From NCBI RefSeq assembly GCF_036321535.1, contig NC_087437.1:89530001-89594000 (forward strand): 64,000 bases of DNA, read 5' to 3'. Positions 31,616 to 45,622 of the stretch are shown here, in pieces. Made by a program: the position numbers and the translations under genes. Positions within the stretch are counted from its first letter, which is position 1. Every line of letters starts with the position of its first letter. A model generated the notes under the pieces. It did not search any database. It was not told the origin of the DNA and was given only the letters and a program-made list of their open reading frames with translations. This DNA is from Camelus dromedarius. Its lineage: Eukaryota.

Positions 31616-32889
31616 GAGGGAAAACCAGAGTTGACCATTGAAAAGAGAACAATCATCCTTCAATTGCAATATATTCATTTGAATTCAGGCAGAAGAATTC
31701 TGGCTGTACTCAATGGAGAGCTATCCTTCAGTCGCATGCGCCTACCCCTACCACGAACACATCACACCACTGCAGACGCCGTGCACGTGACTGCATCATC
31801 CGCTAGTTTGTGGCTCCTTTAAAGCAGAGCCTATCTGCATCACTCCTGAGTATCCAACACAATGCCTAGAACTTCTTATATATTCAATAAATATTTGCTG
31901 AAGGAATAGGTAGATGACCAATTATCATCTGCAATATAACTTAATAAACAACTCACATTATTTACATCATTTTAGAGTTGTCACAGCATTTTAACATCCT
32001 TCATCTCACCTGAGCTTTATGGTTCCAGTTCCATAAATAACACATCAAATCCAGAAATAGTATTGACACAGGGCCAGAAGTCATCAGAACAACACTTGAA
32101 ACCAGAGCTCCTGAAGCCAATCTGTGCAGCACAGCAAGTGTAAGGAAGGGAAAATGACGGCAGAAAAAAGTTAACGTAAACTGACCTTCTTTAGAAGTTA
32201 ATATAATTATAGATACTATTTAAGACTATAATGGAAAAATGGGGCGTGTTTGACATACATTATCTGGTTTAATAGTTTCGATACCTCTATGAGACAAAGG
32301 TTATTGTCCGCATTTTACCCTGTGGAAACTGAAGTGCTCGTAAGTGTTTGATCTGCACAAGATTATACAGGTGGCAGCGGCCTTTCGAACCAGGTTTCCC
32401 CTTGAGGTCTGGCTAATCCTCAAAACCTGTCCTACTGACCGCTGTCAAATACCATAAGTTATTCTTTAACATATCCACAAAGTATGCATAATTAGATTTT
32501 ATGGGTAAAGAAGTGGAATCTCAGAAATCTTAAATTACTTAACTAGGCCACAAAAACAATTAGCAGAACACAGATTTTTTAAAGTCAAGTCCAAAATGTG
32601 TCCTCTTTACCCACTGACCTCAGCCACCACGGCACTGCAGGTCCTTCGACGTGTGAGACAGTCACTGTACTTGTACTTGTAAGCATGTAGTTTAACAAAT
32701 AGAAAATTTACAGAAATAGTTACTGGACTCTGAACTTACTTCGAACGTAGAGCTATTAAAGAAATCAAAATTTCTCTGTCGATTGCATGTCAACTGGAAA
32801 AAAATGGGTAAGTCCAACTGGTATCAACATAGATGATATTAAGGTAGCACTTAGAAAGAATACTGAACAGGATACAACAGTACAATAAA

Positions 32890-33330
32890 GGGAGGTTCTT
32901 CAAACAACTAAAAACAAAAGTACCATACGATCCAGCAACTCCACTCCTGGGTATTCATCTGAAGAAAATAAAAACACTAACTTGGAAAGATGTAATCACC
33001 CCATGTATGCTGCAGCATTATTTACAATAGTCAAGATATGGAAAAAAATCTAAGTGTCCATCAATGGATGAACGGATAAAAAAATTGTGGTGTGTATGAA
33101 CAATGTAATATTATTCAGCCATAAAAAAATGAAATCCTACTATCTGCGACATGGATGGACCTCAAGGGCATCTTACGAAGTGAAGTAAGTCAGACAGATA
33201 AAGAGAAATGCCATTATCACCTCTTGTAAATGTGGAATCTTAAAATCCAAAACAAAGCAGAACAAAAAAGGTTCACAGATATAGAGAACAGACTGGTTGT
33301 TGTCAGAGGCAAACAGTGGGGATGAGAGAA
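32890..33330 (+). mobile_element. LINE-1 3' fragment
   Basis: gatccagcaactccactcctgggtat...atggatggacct. Confidence 0.85.
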
Positions 33331-33525
33331 CTACAAAAAAAATAATAATCCAGTGCCAGGGGTACTCTTTGACACCTACCAGTACATGCTGGCCAATTCA
33401 AGCAACTCTGCTGGTGGAGTGTCTTTCCTTCATTATCAGGTCCAGCATGTCCCCATTCAGGTTATGCTGGATTTTAAACCCAGTTGTTGCCCTGGCACCC
33501 AGGGCAGATGGTGTTAAAAGCTGGA

Positions 33526-33556
<31 letters not shown>

Positions 33557-36420
33557 AATCATGGTAGTATTGCATAAATGCAATAATCAGTATTTTAAAA
33601 ACAAATTAACAGAGAGAAGGAAAAATACAAAAGGCCATTAAACATTTGAAAAATTATTCAAATTTATATGTAATCAAAAATGAAATTTAACACTCAATCA
33701 GTAAATATTTGTAAATAACAAACAGTCAAGGGAAAATAATGAGATACCACTGAACACTTCTTAGAATGGCAAAAAATACATAAACAAATGCATGTTGTGA
33801 CTCAGTAAGTCTGAAGTATAAACTGAAATTTTGCATGTTTAAAAGTTCCTAGGTAATACCACTGCAAGTAGTCCATAGGTCAAACTTATATGCACCAATA
33901 CTGTAAAGTGTTTAAATTGATTGAGTAGCGAACAACTGAAAGAGGAGCATTTGCTTGTAATTCAAGGGATTTGGAGGATGGAGGGAAGATAGCATACTTT
34001 GAGCTCATGAAGAAGGTCAAGCTAATACAAACTAAAAATAGCACCAGAATATATTTTAGCAAATTTTCTTCTTCAGTAGAGAAACTTAACTATATTATGT
34101 GTTTTTACAGGCCCAGGTTGGAATAAAAAATAACCAAAAATATTGGGTAGCAGTACTGGACTAGCAGACAATAGGTGTTTCTTATTCCATCTTGATACAG
34201 ATGAAGGATGATAAAGAGCTTTGACAAACACTTGATGTGATAAGCAGGACTCTCAGAAGCAATTTAGGCATTTAGAGAAGCATGAGCAATTTGTTTAAAT
34301 ATACATATTTCTCCAAAGCTTAGATTTTATATTTTTCCTACATTTGAAGATTTTTTTCCCTTTTATATAAAGCCTATCTACTTTCTAAAACAGTAAAGAG
34401 GAAGAGACATAAACAGAAATAGAAGTGATTTATATTACCAACATAATAACTGTGATATTTGAGTGAGGTTTTAGTACTTTTGTCTCCCATGCATGACACA
34501 AAAAACAGAGTAAGAGACCCTAATTCTTAATTAGATATTAGACAATTTGTTAGAAACCATGCCATTTCATAGTGTACTGTTCCCGCAGTTGGAGGTACTT
34601 TTGGATGGAGAACTACATCTCTAACAAGACAACATTCTTTTTAATTCTGTTAAAGAAAAACAAAAGTAATAAAATATTTACATTCAATAGAGAGTTCAGT
34701 TAAACAGAGGATATGTAAGTGGGTTCAAAGATGACACGAAATTAAACATGCTTTTGCAAATTTTTATCTATTTTAAACGCCTGGAAGCTAGCCAAGAACA
34801 TCTGAAGAATTCATGCCAAATTAATTGTTTCCCTGGGGAGGAAAAGACATAAACAAGCTGACAAACCAATATTTATAAATGTTGATTGTCTGAATATGTT
34901 TCCTGGATTAACTCTGGGTAAGGTATCAACATGAATACGAGTTTGTCATGAACCAATCCTGGAGAGACACCAGCATCAGAAGTGTAAACTGGGAAATAAT
35001 CATACACACCTGCTAGGAGGGCAGATTAATTTCCATTGCATACAGCACAGATGGGACCAGACAGAGGAAGGCAGCAAGGCCACACTCACAGTTACCCTTC
35101 TGGAGAAAGCAGAATTACAGGAAGGAAGCAGGGACTGTGGCCTGTGAGAAAGGGAAAAAAGGGCAGGCTAGGCGCAGATGTAGAAATGACAACAATTATT
35201 GGAAAATCAGTAAGTTTTCCAAAGCAGCCTTTCTGGGAGCTACCAAGCAAGAATAGTCATAGGCAAACTGAGAGCTGCCAGGTAACAGGCCAATCTCCTG
35301 GATGTCAACTTACATTTAACAGCCCTCTACCACAAAAGCAAGCAAACAAACCAATAAAAACAAACAAACAAAAAAAAAACCCAAAGCCAGAGAAGAGGAC
35401 TATGACATACACCTCAATAAAATGTGCAAAGAATATGAAGATACTCTTTACCTACAAATATACATCACTAATACATGAAGGATATATTCACATTAGGTAC
35501 CAATGATGATTCATATACCAGGTACAAGCAACTCAACATGCAACATATCAGACAGACTCTCCAAAAATACAGCAAAGCACTGTAATTTTCCTATTTCACA
35601 GGTGGAGAAACTGAGTCTCAGTAAGGTTCACTTGCAGGATACATTGCCAGAAATTGGCAAATTCAGGATTTGAATGTAAAAGATTCTGGTTCTCAAATCC
35701 TGTGCTTAATATTTATTCTATGTGGTCGTACAATTAACAAATTGTATGCGAAACCAAGTAATGAGGTATCACTTTCAACTTCAACACTAATCCTGACATT
35801 GGTTGTTGGCAAAGGGAGCAACAGAAACCCCCAGGAGCCATGGGAAAATTATGAGAATATAAATTACTATAGTTTTTATAAATATTTTAAAATAATTATC
35901 AATAGTCCATCCCTTTGAGACAATTCTACTTCTAAGAATTTATTAAAAAGAAGTAAGAATGGATGGATATAAAGATTTCACTACAAGATAATTTTTCACA
36001 ATATTCTTTAAAATGACAAAAACTGAAGGTCTCAAAACAGGGTCTTGGTAAAATAGAGTACATATAGGAGAATATATATGACCTTGAAAGGTACACTGAA
36101 CATTGTAAATGGGTTAGGAGGAGGGCTTTCAAGGTAACACAGGCAAAGTTCTTTGTATCATTAATTTTTTTTTAATTTAAAAACCAGAATGTTTTTATAC
36201 GTACATCAGTTTAAGAAAGAATTACTGTAGCCACTCCCTTCATTCCAAATTGAGGAGGAATAGTATAATTCATACTGGTGGGGGAATTTAAGTCTATTTC
36301 CCTTTAAGAGACTCCAAAAGGGTAAGAGAAGGTAAAATTAAAATTTTAGACTCTCTTTATAAAGAACTGGATTTGGACCTGAGATCTGAACCCAGTTAGT
36401 CCTAAAGACTGAGCTCTTAA

Positions 36421-37187
36421 CAAATCTCCATAGTGTTTTCCATAGTGGCTGTACCAAATTACGTTCCCACCAACAGTGTAGGTGGGTTCCCGTTCCCCAT
36501 ACCCTCCCCAGCATTTATTCTTACCATGTGATTCAGCAATCCCACTCCTGGGCATATATCTGGAGGAAACTCTAATATGTAAAGATACATGAACCTCAAT
36601 GTTCATAGCAGCACTATTCACAATAGCCAAGACATGGAAGCAAACTAAATAAATGTCCATCAACAGATGACTGGATAAAGAAGACGTAGAGTGTGTGTGT
36701 GTGTGTGTGTGTAATGGAATACTACTCAGCCATATAAAAGAATAAAATAATCCCATTTTGCAACAACATGAATGGATCTGGAGATTGTCATGCTAAGTGA
36801 AGGAAGCCAGAAAGAGAAAGAAAAATACCTTCATATCACTTATATGTGGAATCCAAAAAAATGAAACAAATGAACTTATTCACAAAACAGAAAGAGACTC
36901 ACAGACTAGAAAACAAACTTGTGGATACCAGAAGGGAAGATGGCAGGGGTGGAGGGATAAACTGGGAGTTCGGGATTTGCAGATACTGACTACTATCTAT
37001 AAAATAGGGAAACAACAAAGTCCTACTGTAGAGCACAGATAACTACGTTCAACACCTTTTAATAGCTTATAATGAAAAATAATATGTAAAGGAATATATG
37101 CATGTATAACTAAACCACTATGCTGTACACCAGAAAGTAACACAACACTGTAAACTGACTGTATTTCAATTAAAAAAAAAAAAAAAA
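36421..37187 (+). mobile_element. Young LINE-1 3' end with 5' inversion (36421-36520 minus)
   Basis: Perfect 17-bp TSD AAAGACTGAGCTCTTAA at 36404-36420 and 37188-37204, with a poly(A) tail. Confidence 0.95.
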
Positions 37188-38051
37188 AAAGACTGAGCTC
37201 TTAAGCAATATCCTGTATGTTTAATTAAAGGCTACTTTTCCAGGGGATAAAATGTGCCAAGCACTGATCCAAGTACTCTGCAAACACTGACTAATGCCGC
37301 TACAGCCGTTATGTGGCTGAACACTGCGACACAACTTTACGCAGATGTGAAGTAGCAGGCACGGGGGCCAAACCACGGTCACAGAGCAGATAAGCCGCAG
37401 AGCCAAGGCTTTTGACCTGAAAAAGCCTGACACCAGAACTGTGCTTAGCCAGTGTGTGCTTCAGGTTCTCTGTGTTCCCTTCTCGCCCTCCACGCCTTCT
37501 ATGGCCTCATTCCATTATCTTCTGGGGAGCACTGGTATGTATTATTATTTACATATCACCACTCTGTATCACGATTTTCTCCTCCCACGTTCTGTCACCT
37601 TCATTGTCAGAGTTGTGGAGCTGAATTGGCATTTACAAAGATTTTAAATTCACTAGTTTTTATTAAGTTGCTCCATTCATCTCTTTGCTAAAGCTTGTCC
37701 TCTAAATTCGCTAATTAGGATCGTGTTTCCTGAATTTACAAATTTCTCTGTTATTTTCATGCTTGAATAAGAGTTTAGCTTGATCTAAAATTTCTGAATT
37801 GCTCTTACTTTCCCAATGATTTTGAAACAATGCTGCTTCATTTTCAGATTTTCACATTGTTACAACTGAGTTCTGAAGCCAGCTTTATTTATTCCAGTTT
37901 AAGGACAAACTGAATTTTCCCTCTGAATGCTATAGGATTATTTATTTTTTTTCTTGAAGTACACTTGTGTCAAATGACTTGAATCTTTTTTTCTTTTTTT
38001 TCTAAATACAAGTTGTGATTTTAGCATATGGCTTTAAGTTTTCATGTATTT

Positions 38052-38134
38052 ATTTTTTTAATCTTTGTAATGGAGGTTGGGGATTAACACAGGACCTCGT
38101 GCATGCCCTCTACCACTGAGCTATACCACCCCTC
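38052..38134 (-). mobile_element. tRNA-derived SINE (camelid vic-1-like)
   Basis: Reverse complement begins ggggtggtatagctcagtggtagag (A-box). Imperfect TSD at 38036-38051 and 38135-38150. Confidence 0.75.
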
Positions 38135-39354
38135 AAATTTTCATTTATTTTATGCAAGTTTTCTTAAACTGTCTCTTTGAAAAACTTTTCCATTTGTTTC
38201 TGCTTTCATAATTCGTATCCCTTGTTTTGCTTTCTTTATAAGAGTTAGCAATAATGCATACATTAGATCATCTTTTCTATCATACACAGTTACTAATTTC
38301 TTTTAAAATCTTCACACATTTTTACATTTTACTTGGCTTAAGTTTATTAATTCTCTCCTCTATCTCTTTAACTATTTTTAGGATACATTTTTCTTGATTT
38401 CCAATGTAACCTTTATTTCTATAATGGTATTTTCCTCCTTCATAAGTAAATAAATGTATCACTTTTCCTCGAGTTCTTGTATTTCACTATATATATATCT
38501 TACTTACACTGAGTTGTTTCATTGATACTTACTTCAATTTACTTGATATAACAGCAAAACGTGCATTCCAAATCTCATCTGTTTCAAGGGCTATAATCTT
38601 TCTAGCATGTTTCTATATGTTCAGAAATATCTTTCGTATACTAAGACCCATTTCACATTTTATTTTCAGTTATATTTGCCAAGGCCCGTTATATTTCTTT
38701 TTACTTCCCTTTATGAATCTGAAATCTTCTACTTACAAGTTCTTTCCAAAAGTTTAGTGCCTGTTGTAAAGAGGGAAGGCAAAGTATTGAGTTAGGGTAA
38801 CAGACAGATTAAGAATTAGGTGCCTTAAACGGCTGTCATTTTCTCACCAGCATCGCCACTGTGGCATGATGCAACTCTGGGACAGCTAGAAGTTTAGTCA
38901 TTCCAAGTTCCAATTTAGCCTTTAATTTGTAATCACCCTGACGTTACAGAGCCTACTTAAAATTGACAGAAAAACTAGGAATTAATGTTGATAGCATGAA
39001 CTTGAATAAGTAGGTATATGATGATGGGAAATAAAAAAACAAAAAAAACAAAAAAAAAAACCCATAAGGATTCTGTCTCATTTCCCACCTCAGACAATCT
39101 TGAACCAGGAGTGATCAGACTCTTGGAAACATAAAGGTCCAGCACATATATCTTCATCAGAAAAATCACTTTTGAGTTAATGTCCTCCAAATCTCTAGCT
39201 CCTCCAGACCTCTTTTCTAAGCTCCTGTTCTACATTCTCCATGTTGTCTGAAGATGCAGACATGAAATGACCACTCCCCCATAAAAGTCTTATCAAAAAA
39301 CAAACTTACTGACAGATTGTGTTTCTTTTTACATTTTCTATCCACCTTATATTT

Positions 39355-39830
39355 TTAGACAAATGTTCTGAATACTAATGCTGCATACAAAGCCCCTAAA
39401 CTTAGTGGTGTAAAAATAATTATTTGCTCACAGATTTGGTGTCTGGGCTGGTGCCTCAGCAGGGCCAATATGTTTCTGCTCCACTTCGTATCAGCAGGGG
39501 AAGCTTGAAGCCTGTAGTCTGGACTCATCTGAAATTTCATTTACTCATATATGCTTGTGCCTCGGCTGAGCACCAGAATGGCTAGGACTCCTTGGCATCT
39601 CTCTTTATTATTATGTGATTTTTCAACATAGCATTTTCTAGGTAGTTGGACTTGCTACATGGACACCCAGACTTCAAAGCATGTGTTCCAAGAGATAGTC
39701 AAGGGGAAGCTGTGTCCCTGATATGACTTTGCCTTGGAATTTACAGAGTAAGGCTTCTGTGATACTCTTTGGTTTGGAGCAGTCTGAAGCCACTTCCCAG
39801 ATTCAAAAGGGTGGACAACAGATATTATCT
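39355..39830. mobile_element. Old MaLR LTR (MLT1H/J-like)
   Basis: ctaatgctgcatacaaagcccctaaacttagtgg...cccagattcaaaaggg. Confidence 0.65.
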
Positions 39831-40459
39831 GTCCGTGAAGGAAAATGTGATGTTTGACTGGAAATATTTCTGTGGTCGTTGATAAAAATACAATTTGTCC
39901 CAGCAAATTTATTTTACTCTCAGACATTTGCTGGAAAGTGTAGTTACTTGTAGCAGGATAACATTCTATAATTATTTATTGTCCTTCAAGAAGGATTAAT
40001 CTTTGAGAATAAATTACTAATAATTATTTTTGGCTATGGATGTTCCTATGGTTAACAACTATCCCTGTTGTTTTCAAAATTCCTGCCTGATTCCAATTTT
40101 GCCTGTTCTTAAAATTGTTACTGTGTAGTGTTATTATTTTAAAATAAAGTGCAAGAGATATAATATGCACCTATTTAGCTGATACTCATAATGACAGTTA
40201 CATATTTTTCATATATTCTTCAGATCTTTTATCACATTTCTTTCACTTGCACTCTTGCTCTCCAACTCTTTTATTAAAACTTTAGGCAGGAGAGAAAACT
40301 TCTCTGGATTATTTTCCCTAGTATATTTATCTCCTCCTCTTTAATCTACCCTAAAATTCATTTGTAATATGGTCTGATGTAGGAAAATAGTATTTTCCCA
40401 TATGGATAAAATTCATCCTAGTATGACTTATCATATATTCTATCCTGTCGCTAGTATTT

Positions 40460-41420
40460 TAAATCGGCTTCTTTGAAATATAACTTATATGTAATAAAGT
40501 TCACCAATTCTACACATTGTTTGAAAGTACTGACAAATGCGTACAGTCATGTAACTACAGTAACAGTTACAATATAGATCATTTCTATAGCCCCCCAAAT
40601 TTCCCTTGTGTAGACCCCCAAATTTCCCTTGTGTCACTTCAGTTACCCTCCCCAACCTCATCCCTGAGAAACTGATTAGCTGTCATTATGGTTTTATCTC
40701 TTTTAGAAATTTACATAAGTGGAATCATAAAGTATGTATTATGTTACATCTGGCTTCTTATTCATAATATAATGCTTTTGATATTCACACATCCATGTTC
40801 TAGATCAACAGTTCATGCCTTTTTATTATTGAGTACTATTATTGTATAGATATACAATATTTTCTAAGCATTTGCCGGTTGATGTATGTTTGGGTTCTTT
40901 CCAGTTTTGAACTGTTATGAATCAACTGCTACTCTGAATATTCTTGGATGTTTTTATAAGTATACATTATCTGCTTGTGTAGATACATTTCTCTTGGGTT
41001 TCCAGATTCGTATCATAGATGTATGCTCACATTTTAAGAAATTACCAAACTGTTTTCTAAAGTGACCCACCAGAAAAAGATCAGGTTCCAGTTTAAACCC
41101 TCACCAACATGTGCATCTGTTATTGTGAATACAGCCATCCTAGTGGGTGTGTAGTATTACTTCATCATGATTTTATTTTGCATTTTTCTTGTGACTGGTG
41201 ATTTTAAGCATGTTTTGTTTTCTTTTTCATTTGTATATCTTTTCAAGTGAAGAGTCCATTCATGTTTTGTCTACTTTTTATCTGGTGATATGTCTTAATT
41301 GTGAGGAAAAGAAAAGCCTTTATCAGATGTACAATCTCATTTACCAATATTGTATATTCATTTTCATTTTACTGACAGTATTTTTAAAAGAGTAAAAGGT
41401 TTCAATTCTGGTGAAGTTTT
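40460..41420 (-). mobile_element. Old LINE-1 3' region
   Basis: gtggaatcataaagtatgta...tggcttctt...gccatcctagtgggtgtgtagt. Confidence 0.8.
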
Positions 41421-41559
41421 TATATAAAAATATGAAAGTTGAAGTAGTCAGGCTTTACTCACACCACATTAAATAAAATTTTGCTGAAAATATTTTTAAG
41501 TCAATAGATTATATCAAAAATGATAAATCAAAAAATCATATTAAAATCATACTGTTTAA

Positions 41560-42800
41560 AAATCTAGAAGAGACTACTCATACCAAGACACATTATAATT
41601 AGAGTGTCAAAAGTTAAGAATAAAGCGAGAATCTTAAAAGCAGCAAGAGGAAAATAACTTACTATGTACTATGTACAAGGGGACCTCCATAAGTCAATTA
41701 GCAGAATTTTCAGCAGAAATTTTGCAGGTCAGAAGGGAATGGAACAACATATTCAAAGTGCTGATAGAAAAAGAAAAAAAAAAACCCTGCCAGCCAAGAT
41801 TACTCTACCCAGCAAAGATGTCATTCAGAATTGAAGGAGAGTTTTCCACAGAAGCAAAACCTAAAGGAGTTTATCACCACTAGACCAGCCTTACAAGAAA
41901 TGTTAAAGGGAATTTTTCAAACTGAAACAAAAGAGCACTAATTAGTAAAAAGAAAACATAAAAAGTATAAATCTCACTGGAAAAGGTAAGTATATATTAA
42001 ATTCAGAATAATATGATGTAAAGGTGGTAGGTTACTTAGTAATAAAGAATGAAGGTTAAAAGGCAAAAGTACTAAAAATAACTATATGATAATTTTAATG
42101 GATATGTAAAATGAAAATATGTAAATTGTATCATCAAAAATATAAAATTACAAAATTACAGGAGGGGAGTAAAAATGTAGACCTATAGAATGTGTTCAAA
42201 CATAAGTTGTGTTCAAACATAGAATAGCCTGTTATAAATAAATACAAGCTGTTTTATGTAAACCTCATGGTGATCACAAAGAAAAAAAACCTATGGCATA
42301 TACACAAAAAATAAAGAGAAAGGATTCTAAGAATGCCATGACAGAAAATCATCAGATCAAAAAGGAAGGGAGTAAAGAGAAGAAACAAAAGAACTACAAG
42401 GGAGACTTAGAAAACAACAAAATGACAATGACTACATACCTATGAATAATTACTTTAAATGCAAATGTACTATTTCTCCAATGAAAAGACATAAAGTGGC
42501 TAAATGGATTTTTTTTAAAAAGACCCATCTATATGCTGCCTACAGGAGATTCACTTCAGAAGTAAGGACACACACAGACTGAAAGTGAAGAAATGGAAAA
42601 ATATATATATTCCATATAAATGGACACCAAAAAACAGCTGGGGTAGCTATACTTATGTTAGACAAAATAGACTCTTGGACAAAGACTGTAGTAAGAGACA
42701 AAGATGGTCATTATATAATGATAAAGGGGTCAATCCAACAAGAGGATATAAAATGTGTAAATATTTATGAACTCAATATAGGAGCACTATGTAAAGCAAA
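41560..42800 (+). mobile_element. LINE-1 ORF1 C-terminus, linker and start of ORF2
   Basis: ORF 41671-41883 AEFSAEILQVRREWNNIFKVL...QPRLLYPAKMSF. Confidence 0.9.
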
Positions 42801-44339
42801 TATTTTCCTAACACCAAAATACATTAAAAATTAAGTATGACAGAGTTCAAGTCAAACATATTAGTCACAGTAATAAAGGTAATTGGGTTTAACTCACCTA
42901 CTGAAAGAAATACTTTCTGATAACCTTTAGGCAAAACTTAACTCTATGCTGTACTTAAAAGAGACACTTAAAACACAACGAATGAAAGAGACTAAAATAA
43001 AGGGATAGACAAAGATTTATCTGGCAAATAAAGGCACTAAGCAGCAGAGGTTTAAATCCTTATATCATACAGGTAGATCTCAGGCCAAAAAGCATTATAA
43101 AAGAAGAAGAGCTCTTTAAAACACTGACGACTACAAATGATGACAACATAATATTTATACACCAAATGTCCATCTAAGTCTATACACCGAAAAAACACAG
43201 CAGCTATTTGGTTTCTAGTTCTGGGCGATGTGTGGTCTCTAATTGCATGGTCCCAGTCCCCAGGATGTCGAGGGTAAAGGCTTATCACCTCCCGGGGTGC
43301 GTGGGCCAGAGTGGGTACAGCCCTGGAATAGTCTGCATATCACAGACTCGCTCCTCAGAGAACCCTTTGCTAGCACTTGAGAACTGGCTAGCAGGGAGAG
43401 GAGCAGTCTCTCCTCAACCAGAAAGGTTTTCTAAGATATCAAAATATCATAATATGAAGAAAATTAAAAATATATACAATATACCCCGTTGGCATGGGCC
43501 CAGAGTGGGTCCAGGTGTTTGGCGTATAAACACCCTTCTCTGTTCTCCCCACTTTGAGAAGCAGAAGTGGATAGAACTCCAGAACTTCGCACTCTTCTAG
43601 AAATCTCCCTACCTCTTAACCATCAATTTTTACACTGAATCCGGCGCAATCAATGTACTTTTGTTTTTATCCAGTTTCTGTCGGGCTCCGCAAAAATTCA
43701 AAGAACCCTAGTCGTTCAGCCTCCGAATGACCACGCCCAACTGTTGGCGGCTCGCCCTCCCAGCCTTCATTAGGATTGGCCTTGGAGGTAGAGTCGGCAC
43801 AACGCCCGTCTTTTCACTGCTGCTTCAAGCTGTCTCCCATCGTCTCCCCGATCCTATTTTGTATTTTGTTTCATCAGATTACAGCACCTCTGCTGCCTCC
43901 TCATATATGCTAACCCTCTAAACAATCTTTCTGCAGTTCTTGCTCCTAATTGACCACAGTTCATGACAACAGTTGTGTCAATCCCAGGTGTTTTCAATAT
44001 TTACACATATGATTCTGGCCCAGCATTTCCTGCACCCCCTCTTTAGTGATATTACCTTCCACCTTAACTAAGGCACCTGCTCTCAGAATCCTACTGGAGA
44101 CGTTATCATTACCAACAGCTGCAGGCTTCCCTCACTCTGAATTTCAAAAGACAACTTTCTCTCCCATTCGCTCAATTTCCTAACCCAGCAAAGATAACCC
44201 ACCGATATGACCACTTTTTAATGTCTCCCTCTCTCGTGTATTCCCTTTCTTCTTTGCCCAATGTAGAGACCATAGTCCCCGTTACACTCAAGCTTGGATC
44301 TCGCCAAGCCCTAGTATCTTTCAGGTTTCATCGTACTCA

Positions 44340-44810
44340 CCGGTCGACAAACTACTCTCAGTCAACGAATGTGCAGAGCACAGGCGCGGGCCGGGAGGCT
44401 GGCGCTTCAGGGATCCGCGGGGAGGGACGCCCGCGCCCCAGGAAGGCGCAGGATGACCGGCTCTCCCCGGCGCGCGTGGAGCGGCCAGCGCACAGCCCCT
44501 GGCGAGACCACCTAAGCCCCGCCGGGCGGCGCCGTCTGGCCGCGGCGGGGGCGGGAGCGGAAGTCGGTGTGCGGATGGGTGGTGCGCGGGCCCGGCTTCC
44601 TGGGCCAACCCCTCCCTAAAATACGTCCTGTGCGCTCCTCTGCTCGAGTCGGCCTGCCCTGACCTTTCCCAGCCTCTGTATAACCCTTCACACCCGAGAA
44701 CATCCAGATCTGCATCTGGCCCCTCGCTTTGCTCTGGACCCCCAAATGAGACCTGACATGCTCCAGCCTCAGGGCGACACTCCCAGACCCCCGGGCAGCC
44801 CACCCCCACA
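44340..44810. promoter_or_regulatory. CpG-island promoter, probably firing leftwards (minus strand)
   Basis: Dense CpG/GC patch in an AT-rich window. GC box 44548-44555, GGCGGGA (E2F6-type) 44550-44556, ETS CGGAAGT 44558-44564. Minus-strand donor CCG|GTGAGT at 44341/44340. Confidence 0.8.
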
Positions 44811-45622
44811 TACTCCTTAATGGGACTTGCAAGAATCCATGATCTGTTTCTTGCTTACTTTTCTGAATTCACCTCTTCAACCTTCTCGTAATTTGGAGTC
44901 AAAGTTCCACCTGGTTCTTAACTTTAATTATAAGGGAATGTAAATTGCTTTTTACTGTTATTCTCTATTTGTTCTTTAACCTATTATTCAAGTTACACTA
45001 TCTTGTTGGCTTTTTTTTTTTTTTTTTGCCACTTCCAATGCTACATTAAGATGATGTCTCAGAAAATAACCTGAGATGATTAGCCAAGCCCTTTCCCTGA
45101 GTTACATAAATAGCACAGGGCCATATATTTTATCTGTGTGGTTTGGATTATTTATTTTCAAGAGAATATGCTATCTTTCATTTTTGTACTTTTATCGGCC
45201 ACACAGTAGTTAAGAATGTAGAAAGAAAAAAAATGAAAACATTAATTTCCTATGTAACTTCTGCCTTACAATCTTGAACCAGTAACACAAACGGTGTGTC
45301 TCTCCTGAAATATAGACGTGGAAAGATTTATATAGCATGTTTAACCAAAAAATAGACGAAATCATAATTCCATATCCTACCACATACCCATTATCAAGGC
45401 ATCTGAAAATAGTCGAGGGTCATTCTAAAGATAATTTTGAAAATGATTTATCATTCTATACTATCAAAATGGTAAGCATTTTGCAGAGCTCTCTGCAAAA
45501 TGAAAATGTGACATACTTTGTTCAAAAATTGGGGGGAAAAGCTTTTTCTTTCTTGTACTGTCCCTCTTTTAACCTGTAATACTGGTCTTTATCTGCTATT
45601 TAATGTTGTCATCCCTTGGGCA

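Noticed and set aside
35036..35506. 156-aa plus-strand ORF
   Set aside because: Non-ATG start, runs through an A-rich simple repeat, and has no recognisable homology or splice context.
38052..38134. tRNA-like sequence
   Set aside because: Degenerate, with an A-rich tail and TSD. It is a SINE, not a tRNA gene.
40592..40634. Direct repeat CCCCCAAATTTCCCTTGTGT x2
   Set aside because: Simple local tandem duplication inside an old L1. Not an array.
44221..44832. Three 106-162 aa ORFs over the CpG island
   Set aside because: Pro/Gly/Arg-rich frames are expected from GC content. No recognisable homology.
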